A stretch of 63,603 nucleotides of DNA, filler included, from Reclinomonas americana ATCC 50394 (taxonomy: Eukaryota): the NCBI GenBank assembly GCA_048213135.1. It is 12 parts of 9 records of this genome, joined end to end, with 100 filler letters (N's around TTAATTAATTAA, not from the genome) between each part and the next. Parts side by side here need not be neighbours in the genome. Positions count along the whole stretch, not along the records: positions 24,292 to 39,275 come from PS016038.1; positions 39,376 to 40,423 come from AFZH01016515.1; positions 40,524 to 43,060 come from PS016040.1; positions 43,161 to 44,492 come from PS016040.1; positions 44,593 to 50,870 come from AFZH01016519.1; positions 50,971 to 53,940 come from PS016042.1; 6 more parts are not named here. The stretch is one strand, 5' to 3'. Shown piece after piece: positions 38,451 to 51,243 of this stretch. Under the pieces are notes generated by a model, which was not told where the DNA came from, searched no databases, and saw only the letters and a program-made list of their open reading frames with translations. Every line of letters begins with the position of its first letter. Position 1 is the stretch's first letter. The position numbers and the translations under genes were made by a program.

Positions 38451-38727
38451 GCCTATCGAGCACACTTGTCTCCCTTCAAAAGCCACATGACCCCCTCTTT
38501 CTGCATCATCTTTCAAAAACAAATAATAGATTACCTGCAGAAATCAAGTGACATTACTCTTCTGATAAGGGGTTGGGGTATTCTGATGAAAGGAAAGGGC
38601 TCTATTCATGAAACACTGCCCAGTGAGCGCACTTTACACACACAAAACGAGCCACTGGACGCCCTATTTTTCAATCATTGTTTCGAAGGGAAAGAGAAGG
38701 AGCGAAGCAACATCCTTTTTCTTTTTC

Positions 38728-38876
38728 CTTTCTTTTTTGAATTGAGAAGAGAGGAGCCGAAGGCGACTCTCTTCTCTTTGAAGGAGAGAGAGTCACATGA
38801 AGGAGAAGGGACTTTCTTTTTCTTTCTTTTGAATTGAGAAGAGAGGAGCCGGAGGCGACTCTCTTCTCTTTGAAGG
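38728..38876. repeat. Duplicated hairpin unit (92-bp period)
   Basis: GAGAAGAGAG-GA-GCC-G(A/G)A-GGC-GA-CTCTCTTCTC at 38744-38776 and 38836-38868. Confidence 0.85.
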
Positions 38877-39376
38877 TGTGAGAGAGACTTCCTTACTCTT
38901 TCTGAAGAAAGAGAAGAAAGAAAATCAGTCTCTCTCCTCACTCCTCAAGAAAGAGAAGAAAGAAAATCAGTCTCTCTCTCTCACTCATCAAGAAAGAGAA
39001 GAAAGTTTCTCTCTCAAAGAAAGCCCATGAGAGATGAAAGAAAAGAAAAAGAAGAATTGAGTCAGGAACCAGAGGAGAGAAGAGAAGAGATGAATCATTC
39101 TCATCTGTGAGAGAGTGTGAGTGAGAGAGAAAATGGAGAGAGAGAAAATAAATGACCGCCTCTCTTTTGAATCATCCTACAAAACAAATGATAGATCACC
39201 GTGGCAAATCAAAGGGCATTACTCTGCTGACCAGGGATGTGGGCATTCTGATGAGAGTGGGAGGCGCTATTCATGNNNNNNNNNNNNNNNNNNNNNNNNN
39301 NNNNNNNNNNNNNNNNNNNTTAATTAATTAANNNNNNNNNNNNNNNNNNNNNNNNNNNNNNNNNNNNNNNNNNNNA

Positions 39377-40145
39377 CATCGTCGTTGGAGTCGACCCACA
39401 CGTTCTGGATCGAGGCGAAACGAGCCACCGTATCCTTGTTGCCGTCGGCGAGCGAGCAGAGACCCGTTCCGGCGTACTTGACAGCCGTGGAGGTGCCGCT
39501 TCCATTGTCGGTGAACGAGTTCACTTGGCACTGCGGGCGCGATGTGTGTGTGAGTGGCACAGGAATCGGGGGAAGAGGGAGATGGTGCGAGAGGGCGGCA
39601 CTCACCAATCCAGTGCTGCGACCGACCAGAATCCTCTTGTCGCTCAACACGCCCAAACCAGCAGGGTAGTAGCTGGAGGGAGCGAGAGAGAGAGAGAGGA
39701 GAGAATGTCAGATCAACAGGCAACCTTACTCGCTTCACGGGCAAGCACAATAGCACACACCTGTCGGCGCTGAAATCAGCAATGGTCGAGACTTGACCAT
39801 TGCGGATACGACGCAGGCGACGGCCGCTGCCTTCTGCCACAATCACATCTGATCCATCAAAAGCAATCCACTGCGGACTCGACATAGCATGCGCCTCCAG
39901 TGAGCACAGAGAGAGAAAGGGGAGCAAAAAGAGAAGAGGAGGAGGAGGAGAACTCACGTTGCCGCTGCACCATCGGTGCCACCCGAGGTGCCGGGGACAC
40001 CAGCAAAGATACCGGTGCCGGCGACCATCGAGGCAGTCGAGGTGCCAATGACGCACTGTGTCTGCGCGCTCCACGCCACGTGGGCGCATACAGCCAGCAG
40101 CGCCAGCACCACAATCAACAGAGTAGCGCGGCGACTCTCGCTCAT
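39377..40145 (-). CDS. 5' part of a secreted/surface NHL-repeat protein (partial)
   Basis: Signal peptide MSESRRATLLIVVLALLAVCAHVAWSA; VAGTGIFAG..GTDG; SSPQWIAFDGSDVIVAEGSGRRLRRIRNGQVSTIA; YAGTGLCSLADG..ARF. Confidence 0.8.
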
Positions 40146-40524
40146 GGTGCGTGTTCTTTTCAGTCTTCTTCTTGTCGTTGAAGTTGTTGTACTTGTCGTT
40201 GTTGTTGTTGTTGTTCTTGTCTCCTCCTTCGCCAGTCCCTGCTGCTCAGGGTTGGACAAAGTCTGCACGCACACGCACACACACAAAGCGTCAACACGAC
40301 CTCGCCTTTTCTCAATCCAACCTCTAATTCCCCAAAATGACCGTTACGGTCATGTGTATGAACGAGTGTGTGTGCGTGATCAACTCTCATGAAGGTGACC
40401 TGCAGTTCTCAAACGGACTTTTCNNNNNNNNNNNNNNNNNNNNNNNNNNNNNNNNNNNNNNNNNNNNTTAATTAATTAANNNNNNNNNNNNNNNNNNNNN
40501 NNNNNNNNNNNNNNNNNNNNNNNC

Positions 40525-43024
40525 GTGCAGATTGTGCTGGCTGGCAACAACTTTGCCACGCAGGAGGTGACGACGACGCCCGCGGTTTGCGCGTGGACGT
40601 CGGCTGCGCCGATTGCTTGCACGATCAACGGTCTGACGGGATCGACTGGCTACCAGTTCCAGGCTCGCTTCACCTCGACCGAGGCAGTGGGTGCCACCGC
40701 CTCGACCGCCACGACCATGGCTTACACACTGCTTGCCGAGACTGTGACGACCGCCACCACGGCCAACCCCACTGGCTCGACCATGACGATTTCGGTGACG
40801 CCGAGTGCGGCCCCGCCAGCAACGTTTACGAACCCGCGTTTCGAGTTTGTGGTGCAAGGCGGCAACCCGGACACGGCTGGTCAGTTGTTGACCACCTCGG
40901 CTCTGTGCGCCTGGACGTCGGCATCGCCGGTCACGTGCACTCTGACGAACCTGACTGGCGGCACCGCGTACCGCTTCCAGGCTCGTCTGGCCACTGATCA
41001 GGCCAAGGGTGCCTTGTCGACCGCCACCACTCAGTTGTTCACTCTGTTCAACTTGGTCGTGTCGAGCATTACGGCTAGCACCCCGACCTTCACGGATCGC
41101 ATTGTGCTCACCATCACCCCGAGCGGTGCGCCCTCGCCCTCTCTGACCAACACCGCCGTGCAGATTATCCGCAACGGTGGCAGCCCGACGGTGACCACCG
41201 ACGTGCAGACGACCAGCGCCCCGTGCCTGTGGTCGTCGGCCTCGCCGATGGTCTGCACCATTACCAACCTGCAGCCGGCCACTGGCTACCAGTTCCAGGC
41301 GCGCCTCGTGTCTGACCAGACCACTGGCACTCTGTCGACTGCCAGCGCCATGGCGTACACGATGCTGGCGAACACGGTGACTGCCATTAGCGCGGCCAAC
41401 CCGGCATCGAACACGGTGGAGATTACGGTGACGCCGTCGGCGGCCGCTCCTGCCTCGCTGACCAACCCGCGCTTCGAGTTTGTCATCAACGGTGGCAACC
41501 CCGACACGGTTACCGATCGCTTGACCACCAGCGCTGCTTGCACGTGGTCGGGCACCGCCGCCCGCACGTGCACGGTGACGGCGCTGCCGGACGGCAAGCT
41601 GCTCAGCTTCCAGGCACGTCTGCGCTCCGATGAGACCATGGGTGCCATTTCGACCCCCACCACTGGTCTGTACACGCGCTTTGCGGCGACCGTCAACACA
41701 GCCATGTTGGCGACTCAGAACCCGACGACGACGTCGCTCGAGATCAAGCTGCAGGCCAGCGCCGCGCCGCCGTCTACGGGCCACACCAACCCGCGATTCG
41801 ACATTGTGCTGCAGGGTGCCAACTTTGGCGCCAGTGCGTTGCTGACTACGGCCCCGGCTTGCACCTGGGTCGACACCTCGGTGACCACTTGCACCATTAC
41901 CAACCTCACGCCAGCCACCGGCTACAAGTTTGAAGTGCGCGTGTCGACGGACCAGACAAATGGTTCGCGCTCGGCGGCCTCCACCGCCCTGCTGTACACC
42001 ATGTTCACGCAGACTATTACCGCGTTGGCGGCATCGAACCCGACTCCGAATACGGTGCGCGTGCTGGTCACTCCGAATCAGTCGCCGCCGGCCGGCAGCT
42101 ACACCAACACTCGTTTCGAGTTTGCTCTCCGCAACGGCAACCCCAACAACGCCGCCGAGGTCATTGCCACCTCGCCGCCGTGCTTGTGGACTGACGCTGG
42201 TGCGGTGACGTGCACGCTGACCAACCTGCGCTCGGGCGCCTCGCAGCAGTTTATTGCTCGCGTGCGCAGTGACGAGACCTATGGCGCGCTCTCTAGCGCC
42301 ACCTCGGCCATTTCGACCCTGTTGTCGGCCACCGCCACTGGTGTGGTGTCGGGCAACGACGGCTCCTCGCTCGGCATCACTCTGACCCCGTCGGCTGTGG
42401 CCGACACGGCCGCCAATGGTGTCAACCCGATTATTGAGGTGAGTCGTGCACCAACAAGCGTCCATGTCTCTCTCTTTTTTATCATTTTTCCACTCACTGA
42501 TTCTTTTTCCTTCTTTCCTCAACACACACAGGTGTTTGCCGCCTCTGACTTGAGCACTCCGCTGACGCCGGCCAACCCGAACCCGTGCCCGTGGTCGACC
42601 AGCCTGCTGTCGCCCATGTCATGCACGTTTGCCTACACTGGCACCTCGACCTCGTTCAAGGCCCGCCTGCGCACCAACAGCAACGTCGGCGACTACGGCC
42701 CACTGTTCTCCTCGTTCATGACCTCCGGCTTCAGCCCGTCGCAGATCCGCGCCGGTGTCGACCTCAGCAACGAGATCACCATCAACGGTCTCAACCTCAC
42801 TGCCAACGATCAGCTGCGCGTCATTGGCTCGGCGGACTCGTGCCAGGGTACGGACGTTGCCAACCACTCGTCCGTCACCAGCATTGTGGCCACGGCGACT
42901 TCGTCGACTGTCAAGCGCTACTTGGTGACGATGAACGCTGCTGGCGAGTTCAAGATGTGCATCCGCTTCAACGGCATGGGCACCTTCACCGACGTGTTTG
43001 GTGGCAAGCTGACTGCCGCTGTCC
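40525..43024 (+). CDS. Thr/Ala-rich surface protein fragment with ~6 tandem ~105-aa FN3-like repeats and an IPT-like domain (partial)
   Basis: Repeated NPT..ITVTPS.APP..TNPRFE....C.W.....CT.TNL..GTxYxFQARL in a 1.9-kb exon, with one intron (~42439-42531). Confidence 0.85.
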
Positions 43025-43160
43025 GTTGCGTCTTGCAATGCATGCATTTTTTTCACTCCCNNNNNNNNNNNNNNNNNNNNNNNNNNNNNNNNNNNNNNNN
43101 NNNNTTAATTAATTAANNNNNNNNNNNNNNNNNNNNNNNNNNNNNNNNNNNNNNNNNNNN

Positions 43161-44461
43161 CGCGGTCGGAGCCGACGAACCAGTAGTCACCGTGCCAGCG
43201 TACGCGGCCGGAGTGGCGATGCGCACCGCGCCGACCCAAGCGTACACCTTGATGTTGCTGTAGGCCGTCTGCGGCAGCAGACCAGTGAAGACGTACGCGG
43301 TGTTGGTGCCAATCACGTCAGGGGTGATGACAATGGTGGTGCCGGCCGTGTTGTCCGGCATCTCCACCGAGTAGCCCGTAATGGCGTTGGCATTGGCTGC
43401 CGGCGGCTGCCACGACACCGTGAAACCGTTGGCCGTGACCGACGTGGCGTTGACGACCACAGTGGCGGCGCCAACAGTCGGCGGCTGCATGAAGGTCACC
43501 AGGCTGTTCGGGACCATGGTCCAGCTGGAGCTGCCGACTTGCAGGCAGAGGCGAATCTGCTCGGCGGCCTGAGTCACAATCGAGGCCACCAGGATGCTGC
43601 CGTCAGCGGCAGCCTGCAGCGAGTTGACAGTGGCCTTCGGGCTGCCGCCAGACTCGCACGTGGCAGTGGAGCCACCAGCAATCACACGGACCGTGAACGA
43701 CGAGCGCAGGCCCGAACCGGAAATCGTAATCGGGTTCACGTAGCCAACGGCGCCAGTCGACGGCGAGATACCAGACAGCGTCGCTGTGTGTGCACAAGGA
43801 AGAAAAAGTCAGTTATCACAAGAAAAACTGCAGGGAGAATGGAGACATGTGAGCCAGCAAGACGCAACGAGACACGGTGAGCACGGTGGCGGGGCCAGCC
43901 GGAGTGGCCGCGATAATGCCCGAGAACTGGACGCACAGACCAAAAGTGCCCGACGACGAGCCAGTAATGCTCAGCAACACCTGCGACGAGGTGCTCGTCG
44001 GGGAGCGAGTAATGGTGAAGCCGTCGGCCGGAGTGCTGCACGAGCCGCCGCTGGCAATCAGCGTGTACTTGTCGAGATCCGACAGAGCGTAACCGGCGAC
44101 CGTGACCACAGCAGTGTCGCCAGCCTTGGTCATCACCGGCGTGGCGCCAGTAATGATGCCTTGGAAGACAAACGTGCCGTTCGGAATGGCCGTGAACAGG
44201 GTGCGTCCAGCGTAGCGCACGCACACAAAGAAGCGACCGCCGAGAGCCGAGGCCACCGTGAACTGCAGCTGAGTGAAGTTGGACGAGGTCAGGTTGGACA
44301 CGGAGACCGCCGGCGCCGGAGCAGTGCAGTCAGCCGACGTGGCAATGCGCACAGTGTCGTTGGCCGACAAGCCGGTACCAGTGATCGTGACCTGCATCGG
44401 AATGAGCGCATCGGCAGACGAGCTGCTGATGGCCGACGTGGGCGCCACCGACGAAGTAGCC
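43161..44461 (-). CDS. Surface protein fragment with IPT/TIG-like and FN3 domains (partial)
   Basis: VTITGTGLS; PTLSGISPSTGAVGYVNPITISGSGL; VTANGFTVSWQPP..ITGYSV..YVFTGLLPQTAY. Confidence 0.82.
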
Positions 44462-44592
44462 GCTGTTGGAGGAGACAAGATGAGAATACAACNNNNNNNN
44501 NNNNNNNNNNNNNNNNNNNNNNNNNNNNNNNNNNNNTTAATTAATTAANNNNNNNNNNNNNNNNNNNNNNNNNNNNNNNNNNNNNNNNNNNN

Positions 44593-46074
44593 GAAACGGT
44601 CCTCGAGATTGATCGACTCGGAGGTGAAATCACACAAAACTGTGGCCACCAATCAGCTTCCTAGGAGGGGGAGGAGGGGGAGGAGGAGGGAAAAAGGGAT
44701 TACGCAACTCCACGGGAACACGGGGTACTGATTGAGGTCGTTGTACGTGCGGCCGGAGAACGTGTTCAAATGCATCAGGTACTCGAAGTTGGAAATCTGT
44801 CGCTTCTGCCACATTTGTGTGAGGCGGCTCTTCTTCAGCGCCTCCTCCGGCGACGCCAGTGCGCTCTCCTTTGGCATGTTGGGAGGCTGCGCGCGAACAA
44901 TCGCCTTGTACACCTGCGCGTCATTAAAAGCGCGTGAGTATCATCAAATGCACGCACACACACACTCCATGTCAGCGCACGTCTGTACGCTTGCTGTACG
45001 GGAAGTCGAACAAGTGGTTGCTGCGGTCGTGCAAAAAGATCTCCAGCGCGCTTCGCCGCAAGCAGTACCTCCGCAAATGAACCTGGTACGAGTGCACACA
45101 AATATGAGCGACATCAAGTCGGTCACACAACGAATCGTATCGTCCGCGAAACCGTCCGCACCTGCGCCACCAGCGCCAGTGGCCACTCGTAGTCCTTCAG
45201 TGTGGTTTCACTCATCAGCGCGGCCGCCTCCCGATCGCACGTGAAGCTAATGCTGCGCGTCGACACGCGGAAGGTGCCAGGCACGGTGTGCAGCGGGCAC
45301 ACGAGCTCGCACTTGGCTTGCAAGCTGCCGACAAAGACACAACATTGTGAGTGAACAACGAATGCCGCACAAGGCACTCCACCCCCCAAATCGTCTCACA
45401 CGCACAGAACACGTTCTTCCGCCGGAGCGCCACCAGCCGCACCAGCCGACGGTGAAATGGCAGCAGCAGCTGCCGCTCCACCACTGGGCGACAGCGCAGA
45501 ACTTCCGTCGCCGCTCTTGGACTCTGCCGCCGACAACATGGCTCCAAGCAAGTCTGCCTCCTCCGCACGCTGCAACTCCTCCAACGTCTCCGCCATGCTC
45601 GTGGCGGCCATGGATTCACCAGCAAGGCGCGCCAACAAGTGCAAATCCGCATTTTCTGTGGACGACACACACCCGTCAGCATCATCGCCTATGAAGGAAG
45701 GAAAAATGAGACACGACGCAACGTCGCGAAAGCGGTTCCGACTGCCGCGCTACGGCCGCCGCCTCCGCATCCTCGCCATACGAGTTGTTTGCCTCCGCGT
45801 GCGTGGAGCCGCCAAAGTACCGCTTCAGGCAGCGTCGTCGGCGACTCGAGTCCTCGCGCATGGCAAGCTTCCAGAACACTGACGGCGAGAATCGATGAAT
45901 ACGCATGCACTTGCCACATAAGTACGACAGCAGTCGAGACACGCAACGCTGATCTTCGGGTACCGGCTCGCCCCACGGTCCGCGCTCGTTCGACGTTTCA
46001 CGCAGAATGCCACGCCAGTGTCGCTGCGCGGTGCAAGAGACACACCAACATCAGCCAAAAGAAGCTCGACATGC

Positions 46075-46110
<36 letters not shown>

Positions 46111-49100
46111 AAACTGACCGCTGCCACGCGCTCCTCCTCTCGCATGCGCATCGTGCGGTCCAGCAGGCGGGCATTTTCCGACTGCACCACATCGGCCACG
46201 TGCTGGAGACGGCAAACGACAATGAGTCAACATCTTCCCCTCCTCCACACACTCAATGTAACACAGCAGCACTTTTGACGCAACAGCACGTACTTCGTTG
46301 GCATACTCGGTGGCACGATAAGCGCCGTCGTCAGTTAGTCTCTGCATGCGGCCCTCCAGAATTTGCAGGTGCTCCAGACGACGACGTGAAATCTGCGGCA
46401 GCAACGCGTCCTCTCGTGAAGCCTGCACGTTAAGAGGATTGATTGTTCAGCGCCAGTGCGCGCACACACGTCGGTCAACACACAACGTCGCACGAACCAC
46501 ATCGTCGAGAATCGTAAACAAGTTGCGGTCTGCTTCCACCTCCCAGTCTGGCTGCTCAAACGTCTGCACAGCAGCCTCGACTGTCGGCGGCCTCTCCGAC
46601 AATAGCGGTGACGTGCGTGAGAGCAGCAGAGAAACGGGTGGCAGGTTCGATTGCAACACCTGCGGCCAATACACGGTTAGACGTCGCAAGGCGAAGACAG
46701 GCAGAGTGCAGCACGCACCTTGAGGCGCTGCCGTGCGATGCTCCGCAGAATGTGCAGTGCGTTTCCGGCGGCCTCGGTTTCGTCCGTGGCCATGTAGACG
46801 CTGTTGGCGAAGAAAAAACAAACACAAACATCAAGTGAGCGGCGCAGGATACTACACGATCGGTGCAAACGTGCGCCAACGCAACCGGAAGGCCTTGAGA
46901 ACAAAGGCGAAAATGTGGAGCACACGAAGCGCAAACTCAGTGTTCTCCAACATGTCACCCAACACCATCCACAGCTGATTGAAGCGCTCGCGCTCGCGCT
47001 CCGCTTCAATGTCGCGCGACAAAATCTACCAATCGGTGCGCTAGTCAGCGGCCCACTTAGTTTGCCACGCAACAACAACAGACTCACCAGCATGAGCCGT
47101 TCTCCACACGATCGGAAGAGCGTCGGATCCTCCAGGATGCAGTAGCAAATCAAACGCAGCGATATCCTGAGCGTGCCGCCAGCTTGCAGGAACTGACGAA
47201 TCGAGCGAGAGCGAGTGAGCGACCGCAGGAGCTCTTCTCTCGAGGATCGAAGGGAAGGAATGCTCACCGGACTGTCCGACTGGACGCCCTTGGCCTTCAG
47301 CAGCTGGAAATCGGTGACAGCCAGCAGTTTCCACTCGTCGAATAATCTGAGCACCTGTGACGCGCGCCGACGTACTTTTTCAGTACAACTTCATGAGACA
47401 CGTGCGCGCGGCATGTATTTTTCGCAGACCTTTTCCGCAATGGGCAGATCGAGCCATTCTCCTTCCGCATTTCTGTACATGGAGACTTTCCACAAAAATC
47501 GATCGCCATTCTGTCATTGTCGTTGCGCGAATGTCAGCCACATATATAAAGAAGAATAGCGCAAAACAATCAATCGCGGGCAACGCACGTCTGCTGCAAT
47601 TTCGGCGTCCGTGAGCACCTCAAACTCCGAGCTCGAGCGCACCGGTGGTGAGCCCTCCAGCGACTCGTCGTCCACATCATGAGCCGTCTGCGCACAACAA
47701 AAGACAAGTGAGCATTCTTGCTGATCGAAAAACAGCAGCAACGATGAAACGGGGTCAGACGAAACGCCAGTGTCGTCCAGCGGGACCCTGGTGTGGAAGA
47801 TGAACTGCTCGACAAGAGTCACCATGTGCACAAAGTTGTCGAGGATGTGCCCGTTGCGTGCGGCATCCAGATTCTTGAGCGGTGACTGTGCGTCTTCCAA
47901 TTCCGCAAAGTAGGCGTCAAGGAGGCCGATAAACAACTCGCGCAAAAAGTGCACGTCGTTGATGAGATTCTGCGGCAGCCAGAGTGAGGATGACTGTAGA
48001 TATGCTCCACATCCAATCCCTCTGTGCTACGCACTTCCTCGGCAAAGAGCAGGGCATGGCTGACGGTATCCTCGACGTACGTCCACCCGTCACGCACGTG
48101 CGTGAGGCAGTAGAAGAGAACACGGCGGAAAATGGTCATCACAAAGTCGTGCAGCACAGCGCCATCTCCATCTGTGTCACCACGTAAGTCAAACACGTCA
48201 GCGCAAAAATGAAAAAAGTGAGACACGGCATGAACGCACTTGGCATCGTCTCTGGCGGACAGTCGGCAGCAATTAGCGACAACAGCCATCGCTGCCAGCC
48301 AAGTTGTTGTGCCAGTGTTTCGCAGTTGCGGTCACTGTTTGCACACACACACGCACGCCAATAGTGGTGAGGGGAAAATGCACAATGGTGCCACCTGCGA
48401 CACCAGCGTTCTGCGAAACTTGGCGGCGAGCAGTAATCTGGTGTCTTGGGCCAACTTGACACGCAAATCGACGGCTGCGGGCAGGTGATGTCCAGTGGCC
48501 ACGTCTTCGCTCGGCAACAAGCCACCATGCACCAACAGTGAGCTGGGTGCCGCCGCCGACGACGCAGCCTCGCTGGACACGACGGAGGCATCGAGCAGAC
48601 GAGACGACGTTGGCGAGCCGAGCGCAAACGATGAACGCTCCATGTGCTCTTGATTCCGCTGGTGCACGCTGTGGATGACCAAGTGGAAGAGCACTCGCAA
48701 CACACCTGCGCCGAGAAACACAAACAATCTAAGCCGCACACGTGCATGCACGTGGGGTGACACCCCATGCATCCACGGCGTCACGCACCGCACAAGTGGA
48801 ACGTGTACTGCATGTCGCCCTCGTCCACCCGGCCAATGCGCGCCGACACGTCCTTCAACACCACACACCACACACCCTCGTAGAGACCCTCCGTGAGCGT
48901 GTGCTGCTTCATCAGCGTCTCCAACTGCGCCGCAGGAAACACGATGAGTTTGCCGTCATCCCACACAACGCACGCGTCAGCATGCACGAACCCAAGCACA
49001 ACCGGCCACTGTCTCCAGTCCACATCGGCTGGACGCCGTTGGCACGAGGTTCAAGTAGAGCGCCAGTACTCGCAAGCTCAGAATGCGGACCTGGTACACA

Positions 49101-50870
49101 CGACCATCAGGGGGAGGAAGGGAGACAGCACAACACAACAACGACACGGACAACCACAAACCACTTCGTTGGGCGTCTGCAGCAAGTGCAAAAGCACCTT
49201 GCCGGCATTAACGCGGTCCATGAACGCTGCACTGTCGCTCGCTGATCAAGAACCACAAACCATTCGTCAGTTCCCCATGTCAAAAACCCCTCAGATACCG
49301 ACAGCGACACTCACCAGTGGCTCCCGTCAGCAGCGACATGAGGAAACTGAGCAAGTCCTCCAACTGGCCAATGTCATTGCAGTGGGCCAACGTGTCGCTG
49401 TTCACGAAGAAAAAAGGAATCATCAGTGTCAATCTGTGCAGCAAACGCACGCGCCACACGCACATGATGACTTTGACGTCGTCTGCTCGGAATTTGCTGG
49501 TGGCCAGCTTCTGGCAGAATCCAAACAGGTAGCGGCGGACCTTCTTCACAAACTCAATGGACGGCCGCTCAGCGTATACCACCTACAACGTAAGGTTAGT
49601 CCACACAATCTCAATCCAGACGGGTGAGAGAGAGCGAGAAAGTGACGAAACTCCGGTCGACGGGTGCTTGAGTGCCGGTGTCACAATGGAGACATGCTCC
49701 TCTTTGAAGTAGTAGAACAGGCGAAGCTTGTCTAGAATGTCGGCCAGTGATGTCATCTCCGTCAGAGTCTGCACCAGCAACGTGAGTGCACCACACACGC
49801 AACAGCGGCTGCGAAAGTCTGCACACGCAACTCGTCGGCACAGAATGCCTCCTTGTGGTGATTCGCGCGACACGGCCAGCAGTGCCAGCAAGCGGGAGAG
49901 CACATGCTCTTGTGCCTCGGTGCATGTGTACACCCACAGACGGAAGTCAAGGAACAGCGTGCGCAGTGCCTCGGCGCGCAGCGTGTCTGTGTATCAGCGT
50001 TAAGCATCTTCGCTGTGAGATGGGAGACAAACAGGTAGGTACCCGCCACCACGCACCATTGCCGACGCAGCACAACAAAAGTGCATCGAGTTGCATGGCA
50101 GTCTGCTTGGTCACGCAGCTCGGAGACATCTGATTTGGGGGAGCGGGAGAACGTCAGCTGAAAGGCTCTCTCTCTCTCTCCCACCGCCAACCACCGCACC
50201 ACTTCTCCTCACCTTTTTCAGCAGCCAACCCAACACTTCGAATCCGTGACAGCGGATCATGTCGTCCTGGTTGTCGCGGTGGTTCCGAAGCTGCGTGCGC
50301 GTACAACAAGATTAACAAGCTGTCGGAACCCGCCCGGCAAGACTCACTCGCACACATACCATCTCCGTAATCAACGACAACAACGACGTGACGAGGTAGC
50401 TCGTGTCATTGGCCGCCGTCCGCCGACTCTCCAGCGGCAAGAAGAGCGGGAAGAAGATCTACCGACACGATCGAACACGGACGCACAGGAACACACGAGT
50501 TGGCGCCGCGAAAAATGTGATTTGGTACAGCAAAGAAAAACCGCACCTGAATGCCACCCATGCACCCAATCACATCCTTCATGTCGTACGTGGAGCACAG
50601 ATGCGTGTTGGGCATAATGTGCGCATCCACAGCACGAGTGCGACCCGAGTTCTCGTAGGCATTGTCGGCGCACATGTTGTGCTCGGTGTAGGCCTGCGCA
50701 CACCGCCCACATTTTTCAGTGTGCGCGCATCAAACGACAAGATGATGGAGACAACGCACCCGCGGATTGTACGCCATCACCAACTTGCTGGCGAGTGAGC
50801 CGTCAAAGAGTTGCACAGTAGGCGCCGACGTGGCCCAGCTCACTCTGCGCGGCAATTGAACGTCAGAACT
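44593..50870 (-). CDS. Neurobeachin/LRBA/NBEAL-like BEACH-domain protein (internal fragment, multi-exon)
   Basis: [46 protein letters not shown] (BEACH start); [15 protein letters not shown] (BEACH-type PH); [27 protein letters not shown] upstream. Confidence 0.93.
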
Positions 50871-50970
50871 NNNNNNNNNNNNNNNNNNNNNNNNNNNNNN
50901 NNNNNNNNNNNNNNTTAATTAATTAANNNNNNNNNNNNNNNNNNNNNNNNNNNNNNNNNNNNNNNNNNNN

Positions 50971-51196
50971 CGCAGTCCATCGAAAAAGATTGGCAGGTAG
51001 TGGTGGTAGTCGAGCTTCTCACAGTCGACCTTCCAGCCCACATTGTTGCCCGACGCCGTGTGCTCCACGCAAATCGGCAAGTCGCATCGGTCGTAGAAGC
51101 GGCGGAACTCTGACGGAGGAATCACACGCTTCTTGAAGGCACCAGACACCGGCTTGGCCACAGGCTGCATGGATTGACAAAGGGCGGTCAGCACGA

Positions 51197-51243
<47 letters not shown>

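Noticed and set aside
40468..42525. 685-aa minus-strand ORF
   Set aside because: Antisense shadow of the GC-rich FN3-repeat exon on the plus strand.
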